A DNA stretch of 61,874 nt, filler included, from a bacterium (lineage in GTDB: Bacteria > JAMORN01), in assembly GCA_027063545.1 (NCBI GenBank). It is 12 parts of 12 records of this genome, joined end to end, with 100 filler letters (N's around TTAATTAATTAA, not from the genome) between each part and the next. Parts side by side here need not be neighbours in the genome. Positions count along the whole stretch, not along the records: positions 28,793 to 31,609 come from JAMORN010000312.1; positions 31,710 to 47,723 come from JAMORN010000313.1; 10 more parts are not named here. One strand, written 5' to 3'. Of this stretch, positions 31,555 to 41,094 are shown in pieces (within the stretch, counting starts at the first letter, position 1; each line of letters starts with the position of its first letter). The translations under genes were made by a program, and so were the position numbers. The notes beneath the pieces are model-generated. The model saw only the letters and a list, made by a program, of their open reading frames with translations, was not told where the DNA came from and searched no databases.

Positions 31555-31709
31555 TTAACTAACCCTTGATTTAAACTAAAATAACCTTTTTTATACTTTT
31601 TATTATCTGNNNNNNNNNNNNNNNNNNNNNNNNNNNNNNNNNNNNNNNNNNNNTTAATTAATTAANNNNNNNNNNNNNNNNNNNNNNNNNNNNNNNNNNN
31701 NNNNNNNNN

Positions 31710-32509
31710 CTCCTAAAAATAGTCCTGTTATAGGGCATCCTAAAATAGTTCATACACCTCATTTAGGTGCATCTACAATTGAGGCACAAAAAAATGTAGC
31801 TATCCAAGTTGCAGAACAAATGGTTGATGCCTTATTAGGAAAGGCTATAATAAATGCTGTTAATCTTCCTTCGTTAGACAAAGAAAAGTATCAAAAATTA
31901 AAACCTTTTATAGAATTAGGTGAAAAGCTTGCAAAGGTTGCTACAACCTTAAATGAAGGTCAGTTAGAAAAAATTGAGGTAGTTTTTGAGGGAGATTTTG
32001 GAACTGATAAATTTGAACCAGTTATAAATGCTGTATTGAATGGAATTTTATCTAGAATGGTAGAAGGTCAAATAAATTACGTGAATGCTCCTATTTTAGC
32101 AAAAGAAAGGGGAATAAGCGTAGAGGTTATAACAAAGCCTGAAGTAGAGGATTATGCTGTTTTATTAACAGTTAATTACTATACTGATAAAGGTAAGACA
32201 AGTGTTTCTGGAACACTATATAGAAAGAATGATCAAAGAATTGTTAAGATTGATGATTATCATTTTGATGCTATTGCTGAAGGACATATTTTTATTTATA
32301 AAAATGAAGATAAACCAGGAAAAATTGGTATTGTAGGAACAATTTTAGCTGAAGCTGGAATAAATATTGCTCAGATGTTTTTATCTAGAACAAAGCCTGG
32401 TGGAACAGCTATGACTATAATGAATGTAGATCAAGAAGTACCTCAAGAAGTTATAGATAAAATTTTTTCATATCCAGGTTTTATAGACATTAAACAGATA
32501 AAGTTATAA
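31710..32509 (+). CDS. serA: D-3-phosphoglycerate dehydrogenase, C-terminal part (ASB+ACT)
   Basis: HTPHLGASTIEAQ upstream in frame; NYVNAP; DKPGKIG...INIA. Confidence 0.92.
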
Positions 32510-32524
32510 TGTAATAAAAATAAA

Positions 32525-32547
32525 AAGCCCTCCCTGGGGGAGGGCTT
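32525..32547. terminator. Intrinsic terminator between convergent genes
   Basis: AAGCCCTCCC-TGG-GGGAGGGCTT perfect stem with A-tract. Confidence 0.85.
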
Positions 32548-32556
32548 AATTAAAAA

Positions 32557-32922
32557 TTATTCATTATTTTCTATCTTAACAGCTGTACCTTTAACTTCAT
32601 AACCTTTAAATTCTTCAAAAGGAGAAGATGTTTTTATATAATATATTCGAGTATTTATTAATAAATTATAATCAGGACCGGCTTGTTCTAATGCCTTATC
32701 AATAGCTTCTCTTATATAATCTTTTGTATCACCAGAAGTCAAATCTTTTTGTGTAAATGAGAATAAACAAAATTTTTTAGTTGTTACTCCTACTCTTGCC
32801 TTTACTTCTACAGGATCTTTATACTTAATAGGAACATTTTTAGATGATACTATTGTAAATTCACCCACCGTTTCCTTTTCTAAAACTTTAGTACAATGAA
32901 GTAATATTATAGGTATAAACAA
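32557..32922 (-). CDS. Hypothetical lipoprotein-like protein; start uncertain
   Basis: LLHC lipobox-like; VGEFTIVSSKNV...AIDKALEQAG...YEVKGTAVK. Confidence 0.6.
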   Translation of the reverse strand: MFIPIILLHCTKVLEKETVGEFTIVSSKNVPIKYKDPVEVKARVGVTTKKFCLFSFTQKDLTSGDTKDYIREAIDKALEQAGPDYNLLINTRIYYIKTSSPFEEFKGYEVKGTAVKIENNE

Positions 32923-32928
32923 TAAAAC

Positions 32929-32974
32929 AAAAATCCCTTCCTTATAGGAATTATTTAATAAGGAAGGGATTTTT
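32929..32974. terminator. 17-bp perfect stem-loop, terminator-like
   Basis: AAAAATCCCTTCCTTAT-12 nt-ATAAGGAAGGGATTTTT. Confidence 0.75.
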
Positions 32975-32993
32975 ATAATGGGGTTTAAAATTA

Positions 32994-34538
32994 TTATTGA
33001 ATAAGTTCTTTCGCTAAAGGTATTATTCCTTCTTCTCTAATTCTACTCACATCTAACTTTATATATCCATCATAGTAGTTAAAGTAATTCTTATATTGTT
33101 CATATTCTTCCATTCCTTTTTCTACTAATTCTGAAAAGTTATCTGTACTTCCCATAAGAGTTGTTTCTATTGCTGTTATACTTGTATGAGCAGAATCATT
33201 ATAAAATCCTACAAAAGCATGTCCAGGAATCAAGAAAATTATTGGATCAATACCTATATTTTCTAAAGCAGAAGCCCAAAGAAGGGTCCCATCTATACAG
33301 TTTGCTTCTCCTAACTCTAAAACTTCCTCTGGAAGTCTTATTCTTTGAGTGTTTTCATTAGGAAAACTTATGGTTGAAGAAGAATAGTTAATATCATAAG
33401 TTTTTAAAGCATTAAATATTGCTCTTGCCTGTAAATAAACATCATTTACAACGTGAACTGTAGCTTTAATAGAATTATCAAGACTTGTAATTGTAAAAGC
33501 ATTAGGATCTCCATTATTTCCTAAATCTTTTAAGCTTCCTTTTTCTGTGGAACCTAAATAATCATTAGCATCATAATCAATATCATAAACTTTGATGTAA
33601 ATATAATCATCTTTATTAAATAAATGATAATTTATAGAGAGAGAAATTGGAAAATAATAAGAATTAACATCAGAATATTCCCCAGAACTCTTTACAAAGT
33701 GACCATTAATATATACATCAAAATCTATATCAGCATTTCCTCCAAAAGGATCCTGATTATAATAAGGTGCTTTATCTAAAGTGATATATGTAATATAATA
33801 TACATCTATTCCTTGGTATCCTAGGAGAATGTTCTTTGGATGATAATTAACTGCTTTGCTTATTAATTCTTCTACTTTATCATTATGAGGCATTACAAAT
33901 TTTACTAAATATTTTGTCATATCATGAGTTACTCTCTCAGCATCTTTTAGAGAAAATGTAAAGTAATCCTTTGCTAATAGTTGAATTTTATATGTATTAT
34001 TTATTACATATCTTTCTACTCCCGAGGTATCTATGTAAGATACCATAACATCATAAAGTGCTGTTTTTGTTTCTTCTAGATTTTCAATGGTAGTTTCATC
34101 AAATATTGGATTAAAATATAATAAAGTAGAAGAAGAAGGTTGTAAAGTTAAAGTCTTTTTTTATCCTAATGAATATCCTTTAATTTCAGAATAAACAGAA
34201 AAATTAAGAGGAATATTTGAATTATTTATTATTTCTATTTTTAAAGTTTTAAACTCATCAGTAGATATTCCATTTAATAAATAAGGTGGTATTTGCTCCG
34301 CTATGGATACATCGCCAGACACATTAATAAATACTTTATTCTCTTCATCATTCTCAGAACTATTACTAAGAGTGTTTTCTTCTTGATTATCTTCTTTATT
34401 ATTATCATCATAATAAAAACTAGAATCTTGAGAGTAATCTGATTCTTCCCCAAAACTTGTAGGTGAATCACTTGAACATTGGAATAATCCTAACCCTATA
34501 ATTAATACAGTAATACCCCATTTCCATAATTTTTTCAT
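32994..34538 (-). pseudogene. Transglutaminase-like lipoprotein with C2-like insert, split by an in-frame TAA at 34161-34163
   Basis: The 125-aa and 350-aa ORFs are in one frame (GYSLG*KKTLTLQP...DVMVSY); lipobox LFQC; ANCIDG and PGHAFVG. Confidence 0.75.
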
Positions 34539-34601
34539 TTATCCTCCCTCCTTTTTTAATTTTTTATAATTTTATCCCAAATTCCCCCCTAATTCTTCTA
34601 A

Positions 34602-34630
34602 AATTTAATCTAAAAAAAAAGATTTGTCAA
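34602..34630 (-). promoter_or_regulatory. Sigma70-type promoter
   Basis: TTGACA-17 nt (contains T9)-TAAATT upstream of SD GGAGGGAGG. Confidence 0.55.
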
Positions 34631-34690
34631 GATTTTTTTGATTATTTTTTAGAAATTTTTATGAATCAAATTTTATTTAGAAAATAAAAA

Positions 34691-34723
34691 AAACCTTCTC
34701 CCCAGAGAGGAGAGAAGGCTTTT
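34691..34723 (-). terminator. Intrinsic terminator
   Basis: Minus strand AAGCCTTCTCTCC...GGGGAGAAGGTT then T-tract, after the 260-aa gene. Confidence 0.75.
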
Positions 34724-34757
34724 AAATTTTTATATAGAAAAAAATATTAAAAAATTC

Positions 34758-35540
34758 TTATTCTTTACCCTCAGGATTTGCAAAATATACCCATTTTTTA
34801 TCAGCTCCATCATACTTTAACTTTGTATGACATTTAGGACATTCAGTAGCAGTATATGGAACTGTATCATAACAGTTAGGGCAAATCTTTATAGAAATAT
34901 TAAATCCATGCCCTTTACAGTATTTACAACTACCAGTGCCATTACAAAAAGAACATTTACCAGTTCCATTACAAGAGGAACATTTACCAGTTCCATTGCA
35001 TTCAATACATTTACCAGGACTTTTCTTTAAACCTTTTAACATTTTAGATATTTCCCAATATCCAGGATATCCTAATTTAAGTAGTTTTTTGTACTTTTCT
35101 TTATCAATTTTACCTTGTTTAACCTTCTTTTTAAATAATTCAGTTTCCATAGCACATTCAGGACAAAACATTTTTCTTCCACGAGGATCTATCCCGGTTG
35201 TTTTACAATATTTACAAGGAATAGGTTCTTCTCCAGGATTTTTTGCAGGTAAAAATCCAACTCCATGACATTTTGGGCAAGGCGCAGGTATTACACCTTT
35301 ACCTTTACATGTCGGACAATTACCTGTTCCTTGACAGTAATCACATTTTCCAGTTCCATCACAACTTTGACAGACACCAGTACCATGGCAAGCAATACAA
35401 GTCCCTTCTCCATTACAATATTCACATTTTAATTTAATAGGTTCTTTAGCAGAACTACAGCTAGATATACTAACAGATATAGAGCCTAAAAATAATAATA
35501 AAAAACCACTAATAATTACAGTAGATAATATTTTTTTCAT
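34758..35540 (-). CDS. Lipoprotein with 14 CxxC motifs (DnaJ-type CxxCxGxG repeats plus zinc ribbon)
   Basis: Signal peptide and ISSC lipobox; 14 CxxC counted; SD AAGGAG. Confidence 0.85.
   Translation of the reverse strand: MKKILSTVIISGFLLLFLGSISVSISSCSSAKEPIKLKCEYCNGEGTCIACHGTGVCQSCDGTGKCDYCQGTGNCPTCKGKGVIPAPCPKCHGVGFLPAKNPGEEPIPCKYCKTTGIDPRGRKMFCPECAMETELFKKKVKQGKIDKEKYKKLLKLGYPGYWEISKMLKGLKKSPGKCIECNGTGKCSSCNGTGKCSFCNGTGSCKYCKGHGFNISIKICPNCYDTVPYTATECPKCHTKLKYDGADKKWVYFANPEGKE
34931..35017. repeat. 27-bp tandem repeat (about 3.2 copies) encoding CxxCNGTGK
   Basis: TACCAG units start at 34931, 34958, 34985, 35012. Confidence 0.85.
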
Positions 35541-35565
35541 AACTCAACTCCTTGAGTTTTTTTGT

Positions 35566-35901
35566 TTAAAATTTCTTTTCATCTAAGTGATCGTATTTAA
35601 TTTTTGCTCCACATTTAGGGCATTTAGTTGCACTATACTTTAATTCTGTACCACATACAGGGCACCACTTTCTTTCCAATGAATGTCCACTACCTTTACA
35701 AGCTGGACATTTTCCTGTTCCATGACAATATTCACACCATTGTTTCTTTCCATGACACATTGGACATACACCAGTTCCATTACATTGAGAACAAGGTTCA
35801 TATATTGGATCTTTAGCACAACCAATTGTTAATGTTGATATCAATAACATGGAAAAGAATAACAAACTCAAAAATTTAAAAGTTTTAACAATTTTTTGCA
35901 T
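35566..35901 (-). CDS. Short paralogous lipoprotein with 6 CxxC motifs
   Basis: TIGC lipobox; C-terminus matches the 260-aa neighbour; ATG at 35901 is 6 nt from AGGAG. Confidence 0.85.
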   Translation of the reverse strand: MQKIVKTFKFLSLLFFSMLLISTLTIGCAKDPIYEPCSQCNGTGVCPMCHGKKQWCEYCHGTGKCPACKGSGHSLERKWCPVCGTELKYSATKCPKCGAKIKYDHLDEKKF

Positions 35902-36056
35902 CTTCAACTCCTACTTTCTATTTATATTTATTCGCTTAAATAACCCATCTTTTAACATAAAAAAATAATAATATTTTTATCATAGAAAAAAGTTTTTTTA
36001 ATTTTTTTAACATAAAAATATTATTTTTCTATAAAAATTTTAATTCTTTTTAGCTT

Positions 36057-38075
36057 ATGAATAGTTTTAAATTAAAAGCTCCTTATCCTCCAGCTGGGGA
36101 TCAACCTTATGCTATAGAAAAATTACTATCGTTATTGGAAAAAGGAGAAAGGTATATAACATTGTTAGGAGCAACTGGTACAGGAAAAACATATACAATA
36201 GCTCATGTTATAGAAAAATATAATAAACCAACTTTAGTAATTTCTCACAATAAAACCCTTGCATATCAATTATACAATGAATTAAAATCCTATTTTCCAG
36301 AAAATGCTGTTGAATATTTTGTTTCTTATTATGATTATTATCAACCAGAGGCTTATTTGCCAGAAACAGATACATATATAGAAAAAGAGACAGCTATAAA
36401 TGATTTGATTGATAGATTAAGATTAAAAGCCACATCTTCCTTAATAATGAGAAGAGATGTTATTGTTGTAGCAAGTGTCTCTTGTATTTATGGTCTTGGT
36501 TCTCCAGAACTTTATAAACAATTTATGTTAGTTTTAGAAAAAGAAAAGGAATATAATATTCGGGAGATTCTATCCCAACTTGTTGATATGCAATATCAAA
36601 GAAAAGATTTTGGCTATGATAGAGGAACATTTGTAATAAAAGGTGATATTGTAGAGATTTTTCCAGCTTATGAAGAAATAGGGATAAGATTAACATTTTG
36701 GGGAGATTTCTTAGAAGATATAGAGATATTTGAACCCTTAACAAATTATACTATAGAAAAAGTAGATAAGATTCCTATATTTCCAGCAAAACATTTTATG
36801 ACAAATAGGGATACTCTTGAGGATATTTTACAAAAAATAGAAATAGACTTAAAAGAAAGGGTTGCTGAATTATTAAAACAGGGAAAAGTTTTAGAGGCTC
36901 AAAGGTTAGAATCTAGAACGAGATATGATATTGAAATGATAAGAGAAATAGGATATTGTAATGGAATAGAAAATTACTCTAGATACTTTGATGGAAGAAA
37001 ACCAGGGGAGCCACCAGCAACATTAATAGATTTTTTTCCTAAAGATTTTTTGATGATAATAGATGAGTCTCATGTTACCATACCTCAAATTAGAGGAATG
37101 TATAATGGAGATACATCCCGGAAACAAACTTTAGTTGAATATGGATTTAGACTACCCGCAGCGTTAGATAATAGACCTTTAAAATTTGATGAATTTTTAT
37201 CAAAAATAAGTCAGGTTATTTTTGTCTCTGCTACTCCTGGGGACTGGGAACTCAAAATGAGTGGTAATAATGTTGTTGAACAAATAAATAGACCTACAGG
37301 TCTTTTAGACCCAGAGATAGAAGTAAGGCCAACCTATAATCAGATAGATGATTTAATTTCTGAGATTAATAACACAATAAAAAATGGAGATAAAGTAATA
37401 GTTATTACATTAACCAAAAAGATGGCAGAAGACTTAACAGAATATTTAACAAATATGGGTATAAGGGCAAAGTATTTACATTCTGAATTAGATACTGTAG
37501 AAAGAAGTGAAATTATTGAAGATTTAAAAAATGATAATTTTGATGTTATTGTTGGTATAAATTTATTAAGGGAGGGAATAGATTTACCAATAGTTAGCTT
37601 AGTTGCTATTTTAGATGCAGATAAAGAAGGCTTTTTAAGAAGTGAGACTTCTTTAATTCAAATTATTGGAAGAGCTGCTAGACATGAAAATGGTAGGGTA
37701 ATATTATATGCGGATAGGATAACTCGTTCAATGAAAAAGGCTATCGATGAAACAAATAGAAGAAGAAAAATTCAAATAGAATTTAATAAAAAATATAATA
37801 TTACTCCTAAGAGTATTAAGGTGAAAAAATTTACATCATTAAGTGATATGGCAGAAGACATGGGTATACTAAGTACGTCTAAAAAAGAATATGAAGTTGT
37901 TTTAGATAAAAATATAGAGGATGAGGTAAAAAATATTTTAAAGCTACCAAAAAAAGAAATTAAATTAAGAATAAAAGAGTATGAGAAAAAAATGCTTAAA
38001 GCTTCAGAAAAGTTAGAGTTTGAAAAAGCAGCCTATTATAGAGATATAATAAGAAAATTAAAGGAGAATTTATGA
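36057..38075 (+). CDS. uvrB: Excinuclease ABC subunit B
   Basis: [28 protein letters not shown]-terminal UVR domain. Confidence 0.98.
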   Translation: MNSFKLKAPYPPAGDQPYAIEKLLSLLEKGERYITLLGATGTGKTYTIAHVIEKYNKPTLVISHNKTLAYQLYNELKSYFPENAVEYFVSYYDYYQPEAYLPETDTYIEKETAINDLIDRLRLKATSSLIMRRDVIVVASVSCIYGLGSPELYKQFMLVLEKEKEYNIREILSQLVDMQYQRKDFGYDRGTFVIKGDIVEIFPAYEEIGIRLTFWGDFLEDIEIFEPLTNYTIEKVDKIPIFPAKHFMTNRDTLEDILQKIEIDLKERVAELLKQGKVLEAQRLESRTRYDIEMIREIGYCNGIENYSRYFDGRKPGEPPATLIDFFPKDFLMIIDESHVTIPQIRGMYNGDTSRKQTLVEYGFRLPAALDNRPLKFDEFLSKISQVIFVSATPGDWELKMSGNNVVEQINRPTGLLDPEIEVRPTYNQIDDLISEINNTIKNGDKVIVITLTKKMAEDLTEYLTNMGIRAKYLHSELDTVERSEIIEDLKNDNFDVIVGINLLREGIDLPIVSLVAILDADKEGFLRSETSLIQIIGRAARHENGRVILYADRITRSMKKAIDETNRRRKIQIEFNKKYNITPKSIKVKKFTSLSDMAEDMGILSTSKKEYEVVLDKNIEDEVKNILKLPKKEIKLRIKEYEKKMLKASEKLEFEKAAYYRDIIRKLKENL

Positions 38076-39475
38076 AAATTATTATTAATGATTTTAACGA
38101 ATTAAGTAAAAATTTAATACAAAAGATAAATAAATATTCAGAGGTTATTATCTTTTCATCTAAAGAAAAAGATATAGATTTTATTGATGATTATAATGTT
38201 ATAGGTTATGATTATGAGTTTGAAAATATAAAAAATATAGCTACAGATATAGATTTTTCTAAAAAAGGAGATTTTTATTTTATTGGTTTATCAAATAATA
38301 ATGAAAAAAATATTTTAGATTATTTAATCTCAAAGCATTTGGGAGTATCAAATAATATAATTTTATTAAGTCATGATTATTTAAAAGAAACTTTAGACCT
38401 TATCTTAGAAAAAAAAGAAGAATATATATTCCCAATATTTTCAAAAGAAGTTTTAGTAAATGAAATATTAAACCTTATAGTTTATGATACATTTAAAATT
38501 GTTTTTTTTGATGATATAGTTATCATTGGTAAGTATATGTTAAATAAATTTTTGGATGGACTAACAATAGACACTTTGGTGGCAATAGACCCAGATATAA
38601 ATTTTAGAATATTATTTATAGAGAGAAATGATAAAATATTTTTTGTTAGAGGACAAGATCAACTTAAACTTAACGATAAATTATATATAATTACATACAA
38701 GGAAAATTTAAAAAAGGTAATTAATATTTTTTCAGAAGAGACAGAATATATAGAAAATAATGAAATTCTTTCTGATGAAGAAATAGAAGAGAAAAAGAAA
38801 AAGAAGAAAAATATTATCTTTATTGGTAATGAAAAATTGATAATGAATATTGTTACAAAACTTAATTACAAGGAGTTTAATATAACAATATTAACAAAAA
38901 ATCCTGCATCTTTTGATAAATATGGAGAAAAGACTAAAGGATTAAATATATATAAATATAATCTGAAAGAGCTTCAAGATATTGAAAAGTATATTGAAGG
39001 AAATGATATAATTGTAAATTTGAGTAATAATGATGAAAATAATATAATGTTTTCCATTATTGCCAGAGAATTAGGTATTAAAAAAATAATATCTCTAGTA
39101 AATAATCCTAATTTTAAGAGAATTTACTCAAAATTGGGAATAGATTGTATTATAAATGAAAATGATATTATAGTAAAACATATTATTAAAAGGATAAAAG
39201 GTGGTGATCTCATAAATGTATCAAATCTTAGAGATGATATAATAATCACAGAGGTAACAATAGAAAACGAAAAGATTGAAAATATGAAAATAAAAGATTT
39301 GAAACTACCTAAAGATGTAATAATAGTATCAATAATAAGAGATAAAAAAATAATAATTCCTAAAGGATCTACTATTTTAAAAAAAGGAGATTTAGTTAGA
39401 ATATTAAGTTATGAGAAGACAATATCAAAGGTAGAAAATTTGTTTAAAGGTAATAAATTTTTGAATATTTTTTGA
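38072..39475 (+). CDS. trkA: TrkA-like RCK-domain protein (divergent)
   Basis: Tandem RCK_N/RCK_C layout; [27 protein letters not shown]. Confidence 0.7.
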   Translation: MKIIINDFNELSKNLIQKINKYSEVIIFSSKEKDIDFIDDYNVIGYDYEFENIKNIATDIDFSKKGDFYFIGLSNNNEKNILDYLISKHLGVSNNIILLSHDYLKETLDLILEKKEEYIFPIFSKEVLVNEILNLIVYDTFKIVFFDDIVIIGKYMLNKFLDGLTIDTLVAIDPDINFRILFIERNDKIFFVRGQDQLKLNDKLYIITYKENLKKVINIFSEETEYIENNEILSDEEIEEKKKKKKNIIFIGNEKLIMNIVTKLNYKEFNITILTKNPASFDKYGEKTKGLNIYKYNLKELQDIEKYIEGNDIIVNLSNNDENNIMFSIIARELGIKKIISLVNNPNFKRIYSKLGIDCIINENDIIVKHIIKRIKGGDLINVSNLRDDIIITEVTIENEKIENMKIKDLKLPKDVIIVSIIRDKKIIIPKGSTILKKGDLVRILSYEKTISKVENLFKGNKFLNIF

Positions 39476-39497
39476 AAATAATATAAGGAGAAAAATA

Positions 39498-40106
39498 ATG
39501 GGAAAAAAATTTAGGTTGGGAGTTTTAGCAAGTGGTGGTGGCTCAAATTTTGAAGCAATTGTAAAAAGGTCTTTAGAGGGATATATTAAAAGCAAAGTAG
39601 TTGTATTAATAGTTAATAATAAAGACGCGTATGCCATTGAAAGAGCTAAAAAATATAATATACCTTATCATTATATTTCTTCTAAAACAGAAGGTTCCCA
39701 TGAAAAAGCTATGGAAAAAATAACAAAAGTTTTAAAAGATTATAACGTAGATTTAGTTATTTTAGCAGGATATATGAAAAAAATACTTCCCCCTCTTTTA
39801 ACTGAATATAAAAATAGAATATTAAATATTCATCCAGCTTTACTACCCAAATATGGAGGAAAAGGTTATTATGGGTTAAATGTTCATAAAAAAGTCTTAG
39901 AAAATAATGAGAAGGAAACAGGTCCTACAGTACATCTTGTAGATGAAATATATGATCATGGTAAAATTTTAGGACAATATAAATTAAATATTATTCCAGG
40001 ACTTACTCCAGAAGAACTACAGCAAAGAGTGCTAGAATTAGAACATCTATTATATTCTAGGGTTATAAAAGATATAGAAGAAGGATATATAATCCTAGAT
40101 GAATAG
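39498..40106 (+). CDS. purN: Phosphoribosylglycinamide formyltransferase
   Basis: ASGGGSNF, LAGYM, NIHPALLP, TVHLV, DHG. Confidence 0.95.
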   Translation: MGKKFRLGVLASGGGSNFEAIVKRSLEGYIKSKVVVLIVNNKDAYAIERAKKYNIPYHYISSKTEGSHEKAMEKITKVLKDYNVDLVILAGYMKKILPPLLTEYKNRILNIHPALLPKYGGKGYYGLNVHKKVLENNEKETGPTVHLVDEIYDHGKILGQYKLNIIPGLTPEELQQRVLELEHLLYSRVIKDIEEGYIILDE

Positions 40107-40157
40107 TATTTTTTAATCTTTAAATATTAAAATTAGGAAGAAAAGGAGGTTATTCGA

Positions 40158-41054
40158 ATGAAATTAGGAGTAAAAGAAGTTAATATTAAAGAGGCAAAAT
40201 TATTTTCAAAGGGAAAAGTTAGAGAAATTTATGATGATGGAGATTCCTTAATAATGATTGCAACAGATAGAATATCAGCATTTGATGTTATTTTGCCAGA
40301 TCCAATACCAGGAAAAGGAATTGTATTAACCCAGATTTCTATCTTTTGGTTTGATTTTTTAAAGGATATTGTTCCTAATCATTTTATTACAGATAGAATA
40401 GAAGAAATGGGGGAACCATATATAAATTATAAAGATATTATAGAGTATAGGACTATTAAAGTCAAAAAATTAAAAAGATTAGATGTAGAATGTATTGTTA
40501 GAGGATATATAGAAGGATCAGGATGGAAGGATTATCAAAAGACAGGTATGGTATCAGGTATAAAATTACCTCCAGGATTAAAAAGAGGAGATAAACTACC
40601 AGAGCCAATTTTTACCCCATCAACAAAAGCCGAAGAAGGACATGATGAAAATATAACATTTGATCAAATGAAGGATATTGTAGGATCAGAATTAGCAGAG
40701 AAAATAAAAGATGTTAGTATACGGCTTTATGAAAAGGCAAGGGATTATGCTTTAGAAAGAGGAATTATAATTGCTGATACAAAGTTTGAATTCGGATTAG
40801 ATGAAAATGGAGAGTTAGTATTAATAGATGAGGTATTAACACCTGACTCATCAAGATTTTGGCCTTTAGATGAATATAAACCAGGACAACCTCAAAAAAG
40901 TTTTGATAAGCAGTATGTTAGAGATTATTTAGAAGAAATTAAGTGGAATAAAACACCACCAGCTCCTACCTTACCAGAGGATGTTATAAAAAATACGATA
41001 GAAAAGTATAAGGAAGCTTACAACAAATTAACAGGGAGAACTCTAAGTTTTTAG
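40158..41054 (+). CDS. purC: SAICAR synthase
   Basis: [40 protein letters not shown]. Confidence 0.97.
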   Translation: MKLGVKEVNIKEAKLFSKGKVREIYDDGDSLIMIATDRISAFDVILPDPIPGKGIVLTQISIFWFDFLKDIVPNHFITDRIEEMGEPYINYKDIIEYRTIKVKKLKRLDVECIVRGYIEGSGWKDYQKTGMVSGIKLPPGLKRGDKLPEPIFTPSTKAEEGHDENITFDQMKDIVGSELAEKIKDVSIRLYEKARDYALERGIIIADTKFEFGLDENGELVLIDEVLTPDSSRFWPLDEYKPGQPQKSFDKQYVRDYLEEIKWNKTPPAPTLPEDVIKNTIEKYKEAYNKLTGRTLSF

Positions 41055-41064
41055 GGTTCTCCTT
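41033..41064. terminator. Terminator overlapping the purC stop
   Basis: AGGGAGAACTCTAA-GTTT-TTAGGGTTCTCCTT then T-rich tract. Confidence 0.75.
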
Positions 41065-41094
41065 TATTTTTATTAAATTTCTTTTAGATGATAT

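Noticed and set aside
34758-35901. Five CxxCH motifs as multiheme cytochrome c
   Set aside because: His occupies the variable position after CxxC, where other copies have N, D, Q or K, and spacing is too tight for heme packing; a heme stain would settle it.
35950-36037. TTTTAACATAAAAA-like repeats upstream of uvrB as an operator or SOS box
   Set aside because: Low complexity in very AT-rich DNA; cannot be told from chance by eye.
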